DNA of 64,000 nucleotides from Felis catus (GCF_018350175.1 NC_058368.1:30382001-30446000), one strand, 5' to 3'; positions 1 to 12,795 are shown, counted from the stretch's first letter. Program-made: numbers and translations. Notes: generated from the sequence alone by a model not told the origin.

Positions 1-699
1 TTGATTATGTTTCAGTTCCTTAACAAGAACTCTTCTATTACCTCATGTGACTGCTAAAAACCCATAGAGGGTCTTGTCTCGCTACATGTAATTCTGTTGT
101 GATTACTGTCGAATATTGAATTAAAAGTGGTTAGCTCATGAACAGCTCCCCCCAACAATCGACTGAAAAAGTTTTATTTTATTTTATTTTTTATGAAGAT
201 GGTTGGCATTTTCTTATGAAGTCCTTTCGCATCTTTGGAATCTAATTATGGGGTCTGGGAATGCTCATTTTTCACCTGGTCTCTGAACTCCTGGGGTATG
301 GAGGAGGGTATGCCATGGGAACAGATGGATGGGGTGTGGACCCGCCCCTGAGGCACAGGCCAGGGCCAGCAGAGAGCCAGCTGAAGGTGTGGGGTGCAGT
401 ATACAAGGCAGGGCTGTCTCCAGCCTCAGAGGGGTTCGTCAGGATGTCAGAGGGTGGGCCTCCTGATGTGGCGAAAGCGCTGAGATCTGGGGGAACGCGG
501 GAACAGGTGACCCTTGAAAATACAAGGCAGAGGGACAGCGGCACTGAGCAGTACGTAAGCAGAAAGCAGGGCAGTAGCCCCTGGGCCGGACTTGATGTGG
601 AAAATAGCCAGATTACAGCAGGACCCAGCCTTGGAAGGAGAAGGAACAGTAAGCTTGGCAGACGACTGCAAAAGTAATGAGCAATGGCAGTAAAAACTC

Positions 700-1345
700 T
701 CTCCATTTCCCCCAACCCATTTTCACCATGGCATCCGGAGTGAATCTTTTGAAAACATAAGGCAAATGGCACCACTGTGCTGCCTCAACTTATCAGTGGC
801 TTCCTAAACCCGGGTTCTTAATCTCAGAACGTGCCAAGGCATCGATTGCCCAGGGATCTTGTTAAAATGCAGATTTTGATTTGGTGGTGCCTGAGTTGCT
901 GTACTTCCAAGGAGCTCCCAGGTGATGCCAGAACCACACTTTGAGGAACAAGCATTTAAAGTACAATCAAAATTGTCCAGCCTCCCCTCATCCTGTTCTC
1001 TCCCTTGGGTGCCCACATTTCAGCCTCTCTGATCCCTTCACCGCCGCATAGGCTTTGTGATTTCTGTTCCCTGCGTTTGGACTGCCACTTGCCCAGCTCT
1101 TCCTGCTTCGCCTTGTGTGGTCTCAGCTTAAATGTCACTTCCCCAGAGTGGCTCCCTCGACCACCCTATCCAAAGCAGCCGCCTCAGTACTGATTATTCT
1201 CTATTAGAGTAACTGTGTCTTCCATCATCACTAACCCTTACTCACTCTATAACCATTTATTTATTTGTTCCGTTACTTATTTTATGTGTCCCCAATTAAG
1301 TGTAAACTTCCAGGGAGACAGGACCCATTATTGATATGTTTTCCA
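700..1345 (+). mobile_element. L2 LINE 3' fragment, interrupted by a MER5 element
   Basis: L2-like motifs 'ggagtgaatcttttgaaaacataa', 'ctcagcttaaatgtcacttccccagag' and 'gtgtaaacttccagggagacaggga'. Confidence 0.65.
808..952. mobile_element. MER5-family hAT-Charlie MITE
   Basis: 'gatcttgttaaaatgcagatt', 'ctcccaggtgatgcc', and terminal 'accacactttgagg'. Confidence 0.75.
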
Positions 1346-3284
1346 CTGTCTCATTTATTAAGTTCTACCTATGTGCTGGAGACAACACTCAACGCTTTAC
1401 ATTTATCTCATTTATTGCCAGCATCCGTTCTGTAAGTTAGGTCTTTTTAATCACTAGTTGACAAACAAAATAATCGCCACCCTTTAAAAAGCACACAGAC
1501 TTCAAGCATTTGAGCATAACGGACATCCAGAGAAAGGGTTATAGCAGGTGCTGTCTCCGACTCTCTGCCTGCCTTTCACCTGTTGGGGGGGAGATACTCA
1601 CACTGTATCATCGCTACCATTTCCACGTGGTTCCCATGGGAGCACTGCTTAAAAGGGGACAATAATCCCATTCTTGATCCTTCCTTGCAAAGCTGAGCTG
1701 GTCTGATGCCAGACAACTGCTAAATACTGAACGCGAGCTAAAAAAAAAAAATCAAGTAAGGAGCGTAACTGGAGTTTATGAACATTACCCAAACTACCAC
1801 CGGCTGCTATGTCTTGTGCTCCAGCCCCAGGCCACATGCTTTAAAAACAAGATCAGTCAAAATGACTAGGAAGAGATTTCTATTCCCAGAGCAAAGGTGT
1901 AGCACACCTTGGTTGGGGAATGTGTTCCCCTGAACCACCTCTACCATCGGTAACCAGGGGCAGGAATGCTCTGGCAGTTCTTATTTTCTCCTTTCTGTAA
2001 ATAGAAATTCTGGTAAGAGCACACCTTGGCAGGATTTGGCACCTGGGGTCCATATATAGCTTTTTCATGCAAGACAGAACCTTTGTAAGTAGTGCTTTAC
2101 TGGGGAGGAACTTTCAGGGTTGAGAATTGAGTATTTAGTCTCCAGTGCCCTGGATGACCCTGAAAGGGGGCGGATGAGGTTGCTTATGTAATTCTATGTA
2201 CAAGCAAACATTTCATTTCTTATTGTGGAAGGGAGAAAAGAGAAGTGGGAGATTTGGGGCTCTGATTCTCAAGCGCCTTCAAATACTGGCTTAGCTGCTG
2301 ACCCTCCTCGAAGGCAGACGTGCACAGGGGCCTTCCGTGTGCTTGTTATTTTTGATGGATTGCAGGCTAGCTGCAGGGCAGGAAGCTCAAACCCCCAGGG
2401 TCACGTCGTCGTAGCTCGCAAAGAAGTTGAGGCTTGAAACCGTTTGTTGTGGCCAGACCAGTGAGAGTTTCGGGCGCTGCCTTCAGGATCCCCTAATCTT
2501 CACGCTCACCCCAGAGGTAAAGAATCACCCCCCATTGCACCCCTCTCCCACACCCTTCCACACACACACTCGCGCTGAATATGAAAATTGGTCTCTAATT
2601 GTTGGATACAAGCTTGACTAGCTTTGAATTAACAGCCAAAGCTGTATTCATTAATCTGAACAGGGAAGAGCAGGCAGACTGTCACAACATGGCTCAGTTC
2701 AGCAGTCATGCAGAGCAGGTGAGGCAAGAGAGGCACTTTCAAAGTGCGGCAGCGATCTCCATCAGCCCCATCCACTGGTGATGAAGAGGGGAAGTCAGCC
2801 AGCCACAGTAACGCCATGAGATGGATGGCATACCTCACCGTCCACCGTCCCAGGGGCATCCCGGCAATGATCGATGGTTATCCACAGCAATTAAACTTCA
2901 GAGCTTTTAAATGTCATTCTAGAATGGAATGCCATCTCATAAAGGTGTTGTTTAACATTTATCAAACGTGTGGACGGGGTAGGGTTGGGGGCTGTGGCGT
3001 AATTCTTTGGGGAAATAGGAACAAATGTTACAGCTTTGGAAGTGAGACGATCATGAGAATACGATTCGATACTATTCTAACGTGTTGTCTTGAACACTGG
3101 CATAAACTGGAGTAGAGACTGTTTTGGACACTGGGATGTTTTATAATGTGGGGATTTAGTGGGGGTGTGGTGGAAAGAATCCGTGACAAAGGGTCAGGAG
3201 AAGCAGTTGGAAATTTGATTTTTCACTGATGATGCATCTTGGATAAATGACAACTCAGCAGGAGTTATTTGAGTTGGCCAGAGT

Positions 3285-3667
3285 TCAGCAGGCTTTTGAC
3301 CTCCAGTGTGTTAGTATCACCCAGGGAGCTTTTTTTTTTTTTTTTTTTTTTTTCCTTTAACCTTATTTATTTATTTTTGAGAGACAGGGGGAGATAGAGA
3401 ATCCCAAGCAGGCTCTGTGCTGTCAGTGCGGAGCCTGATGCAGAGTGTGAACTCATGAACCGTGAGATCATGACCTGAGCCAAAATCAAGAGTTGGATGC
3501 TTAACCAACTGAGCCACCCAGGCGCCCCATCACCCAAGGAGCTTTTAAAACATATCAGTGATTGGGGCTTAGCTGATCCATTAGTCTGATGTAGGAAAGG
3601 TCACATATGTGATTGTGAAATCTGCCCAGGTGATTGATGTGTATGGTCAAGTTTGAACACCACTGGA
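3285..3667. mobile_element. MER5-family MITE split by a Can-SINE
   Basis: 'atcacccagggagctt...ttaaaa', 'cccaggtgattg', and terminal 'aagtttgaacaccactg'. Confidence 0.65.
3333..3528 (-). mobile_element. Can-SINE (SINEC, tRNA-derived)
   Basis: Poly-T, then 'gagatcatgacctgagcc...gagccacccaggcgcccc'; TSD atcaccca(g/a)ggagcttt at 3316 and 3529. Confidence 0.95.
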
Positions 3668-3778
3668 TTAGATAAGCTTTAAGTTTTCTCAGCCCTACAT
3701 TTCCATGATTTTTCTTTCTTATGGCTAGGTTCTCAAAGTAGATGACACTTGTTAAATAAAAAAAAACACACACTTTCT

Positions 3779-4002
3779 GGGGCACCTGGGTGGCTCAGTT
3801 GGTTAGGTGTCCGACTTTGGCTCAGGTCACGATCTCACGGTTCGTGGGTTCGAGCCCTGTGTCGGGCTCTGTGCTGACAGCTCAGAGCCTGGAGACTGCT
3901 TTGGATTCTGTGTCTCCCTCTTCCTCTGCTCCTATCCCATTCACTCTCTGTCTCTCTCTGTCTCTCTCTCTCCAAAATAAATAAACATTAAGAAAAAAAT
4001 AA
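3779..4002 (+). mobile_element. Can-SINE (felid SINEC_Fc type)
   Basis: 'ggggcacctgggtggctcagttggtt', (CT)n, AATAAA and A tail; TSD aaaaaac(a/c)cacactttc. Confidence 0.95.
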
Positions 4003-4370
4003 AAAAAACCCACACTTTCCATTGCAACAACATACAGTGTTATAGGACAGTGATATGGTGGTTAATATTTTTTCTGTTACCAATGTGTATTTATTCATTG
4101 ACCTAATCATAGATTGAATAACTCTTGGCGATTGTTGTCCAATTCAAGTTTGGAAATTTGAGGGTTTATTGCACATCGAGAAGTGGGGACTGAACGTGGA
4201 GGTATGTTCTATGGGTACCAGCCTCTATCAAAGGCAGAAGCAAAATTCTCTGAATATCAGAAAATTGCTGATAAAGTCATTGACACTCCATTCTCCATTT
4301 TGGCCTTCTCTTCTGTTTATTTCTCCGTTCTTTTTCTAACGGAGTGGTGGCATGATATTACTGAGATGAT

Positions 4371-4568
4371 TTTTTTTGTTTTTTAAGAGAGAGAGAGCAC
4401 ATGCGGTGGGCAGGGGCAGCAGAGAGAGAGGGAGAGAGAGAGAGAATCTTAATTAGGCTGCATGCTCAGCATGGAGTCTGAAGTGGGACTTGATCTCACG
4501 ACCCTGAGATCATGACCTGAACCGAAATCAAGTTGGATGTTTAACCAACTGAGCCACCCAGACACCCC
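4371..4568 (-). mobile_element. Can-SINE (older subfamily)
   Basis: (GA)n, then 'gagatcatgacctgaacc...gagccacccagacacccc'. Confidence 0.9.
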
Positions 4569-5299
4569 ACCAAATGCTTTTAAATGTCTTCTCACTGTCC
4601 CTTTTCCCCTCTTCCCTTCCAGTATTTAAGCAGATAGCTGGTTTTGCAATTTTTGCCTCGGGGGAAGGATAGAGGGGGAGGAAACACCTACATTAGGGGT
4701 TTAGGTTCCCCAAGTAGTTCCTTTTAGGAGCTTGTTCAAACAGAGGGATTGCCCTCCAGAGTATAAAATTCCTCAAGGTAGAATGAAGAGGAAGTAAGGG
4801 AGGGGAGAACAGAGACCTCAGTGTGCCCAGGAGACAGAGACCTGGCTTTGTTTGCAGGAGGGGGTCTGCAGAGGAAGGACCACATAAGAAGGGTGTGTGA
4901 GACCCAAGGGCAACATGACTAAGCCCACTTTCTCAATGGAGATTCCCCTCCCCACCCCCCAAATGGAAAAACCCAGTGAGGGGACAGCTGTGGGACCCGT
5001 CAGAGAGGACATGCCATAGACATCTCATCATATATGCCCATGTCCACGGGCTACAGAAAGAACCAACAGAGCTGAAGGGGCCACTGGGACAGGGTAATCT
5101 CTGTGGTGATCATGTAGCTGATGGCAGAGCATACAGGTGGAGGATGGATGGCTGTTGGATGCTTGTAAAGACAAACGACATAAGACTGGATAGGCCACCG
5201 TTTTGCCTTGAAGAAATAAGCTCTAAGGAACAAGGGTGGTAGAATAGGATCCTCAAATATAAATTAAGGTGCCTTTAAAAGTCTTTGGAGATAGAAACC

Positions 5300-5505
5300 T
5301 TTTTTTAAAGTTTACTTATTTTGAGAGAGCAAGAGACAGCGCAGGAGGGTCAGAGAGAGAGGAGACGGAGAAAGAGAATCCCGGGCAGTCTCCACACTGT
5401 CAGCAAAGAGCCCGATGCGGGGCTTGAACTCACAGACCATGAGATCATGACCTGAGCTGAAATCAAGAGTCAGATGCTTAACCGACTGAGTCGGCCAGGC
5501 ATCCC
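5300..5505 (-). mobile_element. Can-SINE
   Basis: Reverse SINEC body; TSD gagatagaaac(c/a)ttt at 5288 and 5506. Confidence 0.95.
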
Positions 5506-6111
5506 GAGATAGAAACATTTATAGTATCTCCTTTTGATAGAAGGAAAAGCTAAACATGAGTCATGTAGTGCAGTTTGACCAACACACATGGTCATGTCTG
5601 ATTGGTGCGGCAGTCAGAATTCTGTGGAGTATTAAAATGGATTCCCGTTCAGAGTGAGTCCTTGCTCTGCTCAGAGAATTCTGTTGCTTTAGATGAAAGG
5701 CTAGCAGGTAGAGAAGCAGACCTGTAAGACATAATTCCATTTGCAAAAGAAGAAGTCTAATCTATTTTTATGCCAAAGCGGAAAGGACTTTTCACTTTAT
5801 TCATCACTTCATTAATCTCATTTCAAAAGGGAAGTCCAGGGCTGAAAACAGAGGTTATTCACGTTTCAAACAAACTCCTTAGGCATAATGAGTGAGCAAA
5901 GCATTCAACTGTTAGACTTTGTTGCTTTTCTACCAGCTGGAGACAAGTACAATGAAGGTCATGCTATTTAATCTTACATGTAGATAGTTGGGGTTGGAGA
6001 AAGAATTAACTTGAAAAATGGCAAATTATAGATCTGTTATGCACTGGGGCTCAGGGCAGAGTTTGGAACAATGTGAGAAGCTCGATGGTATCTTTTTCCA
6101 CCTTGTTTTAG

Positions 6112-6256
6112 TCTACGGATTGACTGAATGAAAAATACCGTGGCGAACCATGAGAAATAACGAAAAGCCCTACATACCCACCACCATTCTGCAGCAAAAC
6201 GGAGGGGTTTGGAACGACTGGAAATACTTCCACCCCAGGAATTTCCAGGACATCTG
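6112..6256 (+). other. Candidate exon of an unidentified transcript
   Basis: Acceptor tctttttccaccttgttttAG, donor TG|GTAAGT, 145 nt long, CpG-retaining, not repeat-like. Confidence 0.4.
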
Positions 6257-7620
6257 GTAAGTCAACAACATTATCACAAACATTATGGCCAACAATGTGA
6301 GTTCTTGCAACAATGTATTCATTTTCCAAATGTTCCAGCTGAGAAAGCCACATAGAACATTCCCACCATCTAGCAGATGGCTAATGGGGAAGCCAATATT
6401 TTCTGTGGAAAGCAAAGTTTCTTCTTCTAACATTAGACAATTTCAGCAGAGAGAACAAATAAGCATTTGTTTTTGTATTCTATTCTCTCGCACTCATAAA
6501 GAGACTGCATTATAGACTATTAATTTTAAAAGTGCATAAGAAAATGAGTTTTTCCTTGAGATTACAGAGCTAAGACATTTTTAGATCCAGAAATGTTTGG
6601 TGGTGGGGACAAGGGCTACTGCTTTCTTATCTCGTATGAGACGTTGGGGTTAGGGAAAAACTTAAGCACTATTTATTATTATTGCTGAATTGTGGGTGAA
6701 AAAAACCCCTTAAACTATGTGGGTGGAAATGAATTTGCGCCTGCCTACCTCACATTTACAACTGACTCGTAGGATGTGGAGATTATGAATGAGATTTTAC
6801 TTTCATAGAAAATGAAACAAAATGAACAAGGTGTGGTTGCCAAGTTTGTTTTAGGAAAGAGTGGGAGCAGGTGGCAAACGAGAGATAAAACTTGTTATTT
6901 GAGTTAACACTGAGTTTCTCCTTCTAGTTTCACAGACTATTTTTACTGTGCCAGGAAAGTGGGTCGATTTGCCCTGCACTGTTTTACCTTCACTTATTAG
7001 CATCACGTGTTCAAGGGAGTGTATGTGTAACACACGTAAAAATGTAACACATACTGTAAAGAGTGGGAGCTTGTTATGAAATAGATGGTTTCGCTTGTTT
7101 GTTTTGTTTTCTAAGCCGTTTGGAGGATGAAAATGAAATTTCTACTTTTCCAATTTGGAGTGTTTTTGTGTCCCTGCTGACTAAAACCCCTTTATTTTTA
7201 AATTAATTTTGAGGCTGCCAGGCAAAACTACTGGCATATCAAATTGCCCCTATTTTTTTTCTTATAACAGGCTCCTTAACTCTTTCAATAAATATTAAGG
7301 CACTACAGGCCTCCTATGTGCAAGAAAATATGCTATGCTCTGCTGGGTATATAAGGAACTTCCATAGAAGCTAACGTGTAAAGACATGCTAAATTTCAGT
7401 CAGTCGTCTATCATATCTGCCTCCTTCCTCTAAAGACATGGGTATCTTAGCTGAAACACCCATCTGGTGGTTGCTAAGAGTCTGCCTTTCTAAAGCCCGT
7501 CTAAGCTGGAGTTGAAGATGTTATTCAGAGTTGGCTAAAAGATCAGGTGTGCTCTTCCTGTAGTAGAGTTTTGTTCAAGAAGCAAGAGAGCCAAAACCTT
7601 GTAAATAGCTCCTTAATCAG

Positions 7621-8131
7621 TGTGGTAAGTCAATAATGCTTCCTCCTCCCCCCCCCCCCCCCCACGCCGCTTCTCAAAGGTGTCCATGGCCCAATCCCCA
7701 AAACTTATGAATATGTGTTATGAATAAGGACTGATGCAGATGTGACCAAATTAAGGATCTTGAGATGCAGAGATTATCCTCGGTTATCTGGGTGAGCTCA
7801 AGGTACTCACAAGGACCCTTAATATAAGGGTCAGAATCAGCAAAGATGTGACACTGGAAGCAGAGATTGGAGTGATGTGCTTTGAAGATGAACGAAGGGG
7901 CCACAAACCAAGGCAGGCAGGCAGCCTCCAGAAACTAGAAAAAGCAAAGAAACAGATTCTTGCTGGGAGTCTCCAGAAAGGAACACAGCAGTCCTGCTGA
8001 CAGCTTGACTTTTAGCCCAGTGTGACCCGCGTTTTACTTCCAACAACAGAACTGTGTGATAATAAAGTTGCATTGTTATAAATGACTAAGTTGGTGATAA
8101 TTTGTTACAGCAGCAATAGGAAACTAAAACA
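7621..8131 (+). mobile_element. MaLR solo LTR (MLT1D-like)
   Basis: TG start, 'ttaaggatcttgagatgcagagattatcct', and end 'taatttgttacagcagcaataggaaactaaaaca'. Confidence 0.85.
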
Positions 8132-9559
8132 GCCAGACATCCATAAATAATTGCCGTAGATGTTTTTGGAAGGAAGATGTAAGCCCCTAAGTACAAAAAA
8201 TCCGTGGCATAGCAGGAATTTGTCTCTTTCTCCGCTCTGGCAGAATCATACCTGCACAGATCAGCACCGGTTTTTATGCACGAGGAAGCAAGGGGCAAGA
8301 TGTGCAAAGATGCTTCTCCTCCTCCTCTCGGCTGCCACCTTGTCTTTGCTCAGATTGATACCCCTTCTAAATGAATTGGTAATCTACAGGAAATACGCAC
8401 GTATGGTCTCCTCTTGACAAATTGTCGACAGACCTGAAATGATGCAAAAATAATCCTGGAAAAGGCTCAGTCGAGCATTAATGGATACATACTTCTGATT
8501 TTAACATGACCTGTTTCTACGTCAACTATAATGGCCCTGGAGGACTGGAGATGATGGTGACTTGGACCAGATAATCCCTGAAGTTCTCTGATTTCTTTGA
8601 GTTCCATGATGTGTGTTTCTTTACAGAAATTCAAGAAGTTGCTCGCTGATATTGCATAACTTAGTGGACAGGTATCAGAGAAAACAGCAAGTGGGAAAAA
8701 CAAAAACACTTGTAAAAGGAATGAATCATCAGAGAACAATCCCCTGGCCCTGGATAGTTCCCATGCCTTGAGCATACACCCCTGTAATAAGCAGGAACAG
8801 AATCTGTAGTCCTGTATCTGGGTTCTGTTTATACCAGGACTGAATGTTGGTTCCCCCTCTGATTCACTTTTATTTTGTAGGACAAGATGGGTTTTTTTCT
8901 GAGGTTAAGCCTCCTGAGTCCCTAAGCCTGAAGTCACTTCTTCTGAATGACTGCCATGTTCCCCTGGATTCCTCCCATGGATCTTGGTCATCTGAATTAT
9001 TGCTCTCATCAAATTGTATTATAATCATTTATCTGTCTTCTGCCCAACAGACTGTGAACTCCTTGGGAAAAGGAGTGGAGTCTCACCCATCTTTCTGTTT
9101 CTGGCACTTCAGTGAAGGGCCTTCCCTGAGTGAGCACTTCGTACATGTTGCTTTCCACTGTTGAAATGGGAAAAATGATCTTCTCCCTCTGAAATCATTC
9201 AGCTTTGTCATCAACCTTGATGTCAGGCTTGAATCCTAACGCCATACCTGACTCCCCTCTTTACTTTTCCACTCACTGAAATATTCATTGTCTGGTGCAG
9301 CCACTCATTCTCCACCGTTACACTTCCCTGTGCATTGCTAAGGTTTTCACTGCAATCGGATTCTTAGCTTCTAATGCCTGAATGATTGCAGGCAGAGCAT
9401 TCCAACCGCTCCTAAACCCTGTGACAGAAGAAAGCCTTCATATCATCTCCTTGGCTTATATTGATTATTTCCAGGTACAAGCTCATAGACCGGTCACAGG
9501 ATGGCTGGGCCATAATTACTCAGGAACTTTATTGCAAAACAGGCATCATGCCTGGATGT

Positions 9560-10023
9560 TCTAAATGAACATAGAACTTGTGTCCCTCTAAATCCATATG
9601 TTGATGTCCTAATTCCCAGAAGCTCAGAATATGACCTCGTTTGGAAACAGGGTCCTTGCAGATGTAATAGTTGAGTTTGGACGGGGTCATGCTGGAGTAG
9701 ATTGGGTCCCCATCCAATTTCCTGGTGTCCTTATCAAAAGGGGAAGTTTGGACACAGGCCTGCACACACAGGGAGAACAACATGTGAGGATAAAGGCAGA
9801 GATCGGGGTGAGGCTTCTACTAGTCAGGGAATGCCGAAGATTGCCAGCAAGCAGCAAAAGCTGGGGAGCCCGCCCAGCAGTTTCTCGTCACAGACCTCAC
9901 AGAAGGAACCAGCTCGGCTTTTGACTCCATTGTGAATGTGTAGCCTCCAGAACGGTGAGACCATTTGTGTCAAGTCAGCCAGTTTGTGACACTTTGTTAA
10001 GGCAGCCCTAAGAAACTAACATA
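9560..10023 (+). mobile_element. MaLR solo LTR (MLT1B/C-like)
   Basis: 'tttggaaacagggtccttgcagatgtaat', 'gtgtccttatcaaaagggg', and end 'ttgttaaggcagccctaagaaactaacata'. Confidence 0.85.
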
Positions 10024-10639
10024 CCAGGTAATTCTTCTACGTAGCCGTAGTTTTTGAACTGGACTCTTATCACAATCCCCTCCCCCCCGCCCCCATATTA
10101 AAACTTCAATAGCCTAAGCGGTGATTATAAGGATGAAATGGTTTAATATTTGTAAAATGCCTAAAGCAAGGCTGGGCACATAGTTAGTAACTACATGCAT
10201 ATTCAAATTTTTTAAAAAAATTCTAAGGCCGAGAGCAGCGATATGGCTGTATGCGGGCACCATGAGATGATTTTCGATGGTGTGGCTTTGAAAGCAAATC
10301 CTTATTAAGAATGTAACTGGCATATCAGTTCCACAATTTCTCAAATTTAGGTTGAAGCAAGACAGGTAGTTCAGCAGTAATCTGTCTTAGAAAGACCTGC
10401 ATCTTCGAGATCTACGCATGCTCGTGAATCTTCCAACCCTGAGTCACTGGAGTTTCTGGAATATATTGTTAGGATAAAGGGAGAGTCTCCATGATGTGGG
10501 ACGGGTCTTGTTCACCGAGTCTCCTTAGGAGTCAGTGACTTTTCAGAAACAACCAGTTACTCCTGTTTGTGTATAGACGTGTCCCAGATGAGTGGAATTT
10601 GGCAGACAGAGGCCAAGGGCCCTGATGGGAACACATACC

Positions 10640-10842
10640 AGCAGTCGGTGTTCACTATCTTCCAGGTACCCTTTATATGGTGTTCGCCTGTATTCTTTCA
10701 TTTTGTTGACATGATCACCGGGAAGTTGGTAGTAAATTATCCCTGTTTTTACTAAGAAGAGAACTGAGGCACAGAGGAAGGAGGTCACATGCAGTAAAAA
10801 ACATAGGTTGTCAGTGGCAAAACTGGAGTGTGAGCCCAGCCA
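10640..10842 (-). mobile_element. MIR SINE
   Basis: MIR core 'attatccctgtttttactaagaagagaactgaggcacagag'. Confidence 0.65.
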
Positions 10843-10845
10843 TCG

Positions 10846-11348
10846 GATATATAGATATATATATATATATATATATAGATACAGATACAGATATAGATGA
10901 TATAGATATCTCTGTATATATCTATAGATACCTATATATCTATATCTATCTATAGATAGATATCTGTATCTATAGATATCGATATATAGATATATCTATA
11001 TATCGACATCTATATAGATATCTATATATATATAGATCTATATAGATCTATAACTATATAGATATATAGAGAGATATCTCTCTATATAGATATCTCTCTA
11101 TATAGAGAGATCTCTTTCTATATAGATATATATAGCTATATATCTATATATCTATATCTATCTCTCTCTATATAGATATACATATCTATATATCTATATA
11201 TTGATATACATATCTCTATATCTCTATATCTCTATATATCTATATCTATATATCTATATCTATCTGTATATCTATATAGATCTCTATATATGTATAGATA
11301 TCTCTTTCTCTCTATCTCTATCCCTATCTATCTATCTATCTATCTATA
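10846..11348. repeat. Complex (TA/TAGA/TCTA)n low-complexity tract with nested palindromes
   Basis: Directly visible ~500 bp made of TATAGA/TCTATA units. Confidence 0.95.
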
Positions 11349-11927
11349 TTTTAAAGAATATATGCAAAGCGGATACTTGAATAAGCACTGGCCCCATCAA
11401 CAAACAACACTGCCAGTGCTCTAGAAGCTTCTTGTGCAGTCTTCTATGACCATGTTGCCTTCTGATAACACCTTGCTACCTGGAGATAGCACTTTCTGGT
11501 CATTGTGATGGCCATTTTCTTGCTCTTTTATAATCTATCAAGGCTTCTAACCCCATGCTGTTCTTATTTTACTTTTCTTGCTTTTTTGTAATTTTATCCT
11601 CAATGCTTATAATCCTACGCTACCTTTTTTGTTTTGAAACCCAGCATTCAAAGCCTTCCACATTAGAGGCTCTGTTCTCACTTCCTATTGTGTCCCTACT
11701 TGAACCCTCTCCTCTATCTTCTGATTGATTTATATGCCCCTTAACATGTTATACACGTTGCTTTTTTTGTTACATCTGTTCTAGCAAATGCCTTCCTCCA
11801 AGCCTCCTCTCCCCAGACGCACCCTTTTCTTGTGGCTCGGCTGCCTTGGGGACCCCTTCTGATGGGCTTATTCCATAGGGATTCCTTCTCCCCTGAACTG
11901 CTCTCATCCTTGTATCTACTCCACCCA

Positions 11928-12127
11928 TTTATTTATTTATTTATTTTGAGAGAGACAGAGAGAATGCAAGTGAGGGAGGGACAGAGAAGAGAGGAAGAAT
12001 CTCAAGCAGGCCCTGAGCTGTCTGTGCAGAGCCTGATGTGGGGCTCAAACTCATGAAACTGTGAGATCATGACCTGACCTGAAATCAAGAGTCAGACACT
12101 TAACCAACTGAGCCACCCAGGCACCCC
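11928..12127 (-). mobile_element. Can-SINE
   Basis: (TTTA)n, then 'gagatcatgacctgacctgaaatcaagagtc...gccacccaggcacccc'. Confidence 0.95.
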
Positions 12128-12224
12128 TCTATTCTACTCGTTTTATACTTTCTTTGCAGTGCTGTGTAATGCTGTTCTTTATTACTATAAAGCCTTAACA
12201 TGTTTGTTCCTGTTACTAATGTTT

Positions 12225-12480
12225 TATTCATTGTTAGTTTATTCATCCACTACATATGTATTAAGCACACTGATAACACCTTATGAGCCGTGTGGCAGAT
12301 GTAGGTTCTGTGTACACAGCAGAGAATAAGACGTACGAAGTTCCTGCCATTGTGGAGCTTCCTTCCTGCAGTGGCGAGGCAAATGAAAACAAGGAGACAA
12401 GTACATAAGATAATTTTAGTAAATAAGATATCCTAGCGAGAAGCACTGAAGGCAATGAAACAGGAATGGGAGAGGTAGGG
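12225..12480 (-). mobile_element. L2 LINE 3' fragment
   Basis: 'attcatccactacatatgtattaagcac' and 'acagcagagaataagac...cctgccattgtggagctt'. Confidence 0.65.
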
Positions 12481-12553
12481 AAGGGACGGGTATCCTTTGA
12501 GCTGACAGGTTTCCTACCATCTGGGTGGTAAGCTTCAAGTCAGAGAGCCGATT

Positions 12554-12795
12554 GGGGCACCTGGGTGGCTCTGTCGGTTGAGCCTCCGGCTTCAGCTCAG
12601 GTCACGATCTCACAGCTTGTGGGTTCGAGCCCCACGTCGGGCTCAGGGCTGACAGCTCAGAGCCTGGAGCCTGCTTCGGATTCTGTGTCTCCCTCTCTTT
12701 CTGCCCCTCTCCTGCTCATGCTCTGTCTCTGTCTCTCTCTCTCTGAAAAATAAACAAATATTTAAATATATACATATATATTTATGTATATATTT
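12554..12795 (+). mobile_element. Can-SINE (SINEC_Fc type)
   Basis: Canonical head and 'cagagcctggagcctgcttcggattc'; TSD aagtcagagagcc. Confidence 0.95.

Noticed and set aside
261..775. Overlapping 138-aa (+) and 167-aa (-) ORFs
   Set aside because: No recognisable homology or exon structure; GC-rich, stop-poor sequence, and the 167-aa ORF starts in an L2 relic
3790..3984. Recurrent 'MAQ/WVAQSV...SAQVMIS...' ORFs and tRNA-like A/B boxes (also at 12565, 18777, 20517, 46250)
   Set aside because: These are translations and Pol III boxes of Can-SINEs, not genes or real tRNAs
6112..6151. Two in-frame TGA codons suggesting selenocysteine read-through
   Set aside because: No selenoprotein-like context and no SECIS recognised; chance stops are more likely
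10577..10666. Exon-like segment encoding DVSQMSGIWQTEAKGPDGNTYQQSVFTIFQ
   Set aside because: The weak donor (CAG|GTACCC) and 3' part lie in a decayed antisense MIR. Joining it to the 6.1 kb exon needs a frame with two upstream TGA stops.
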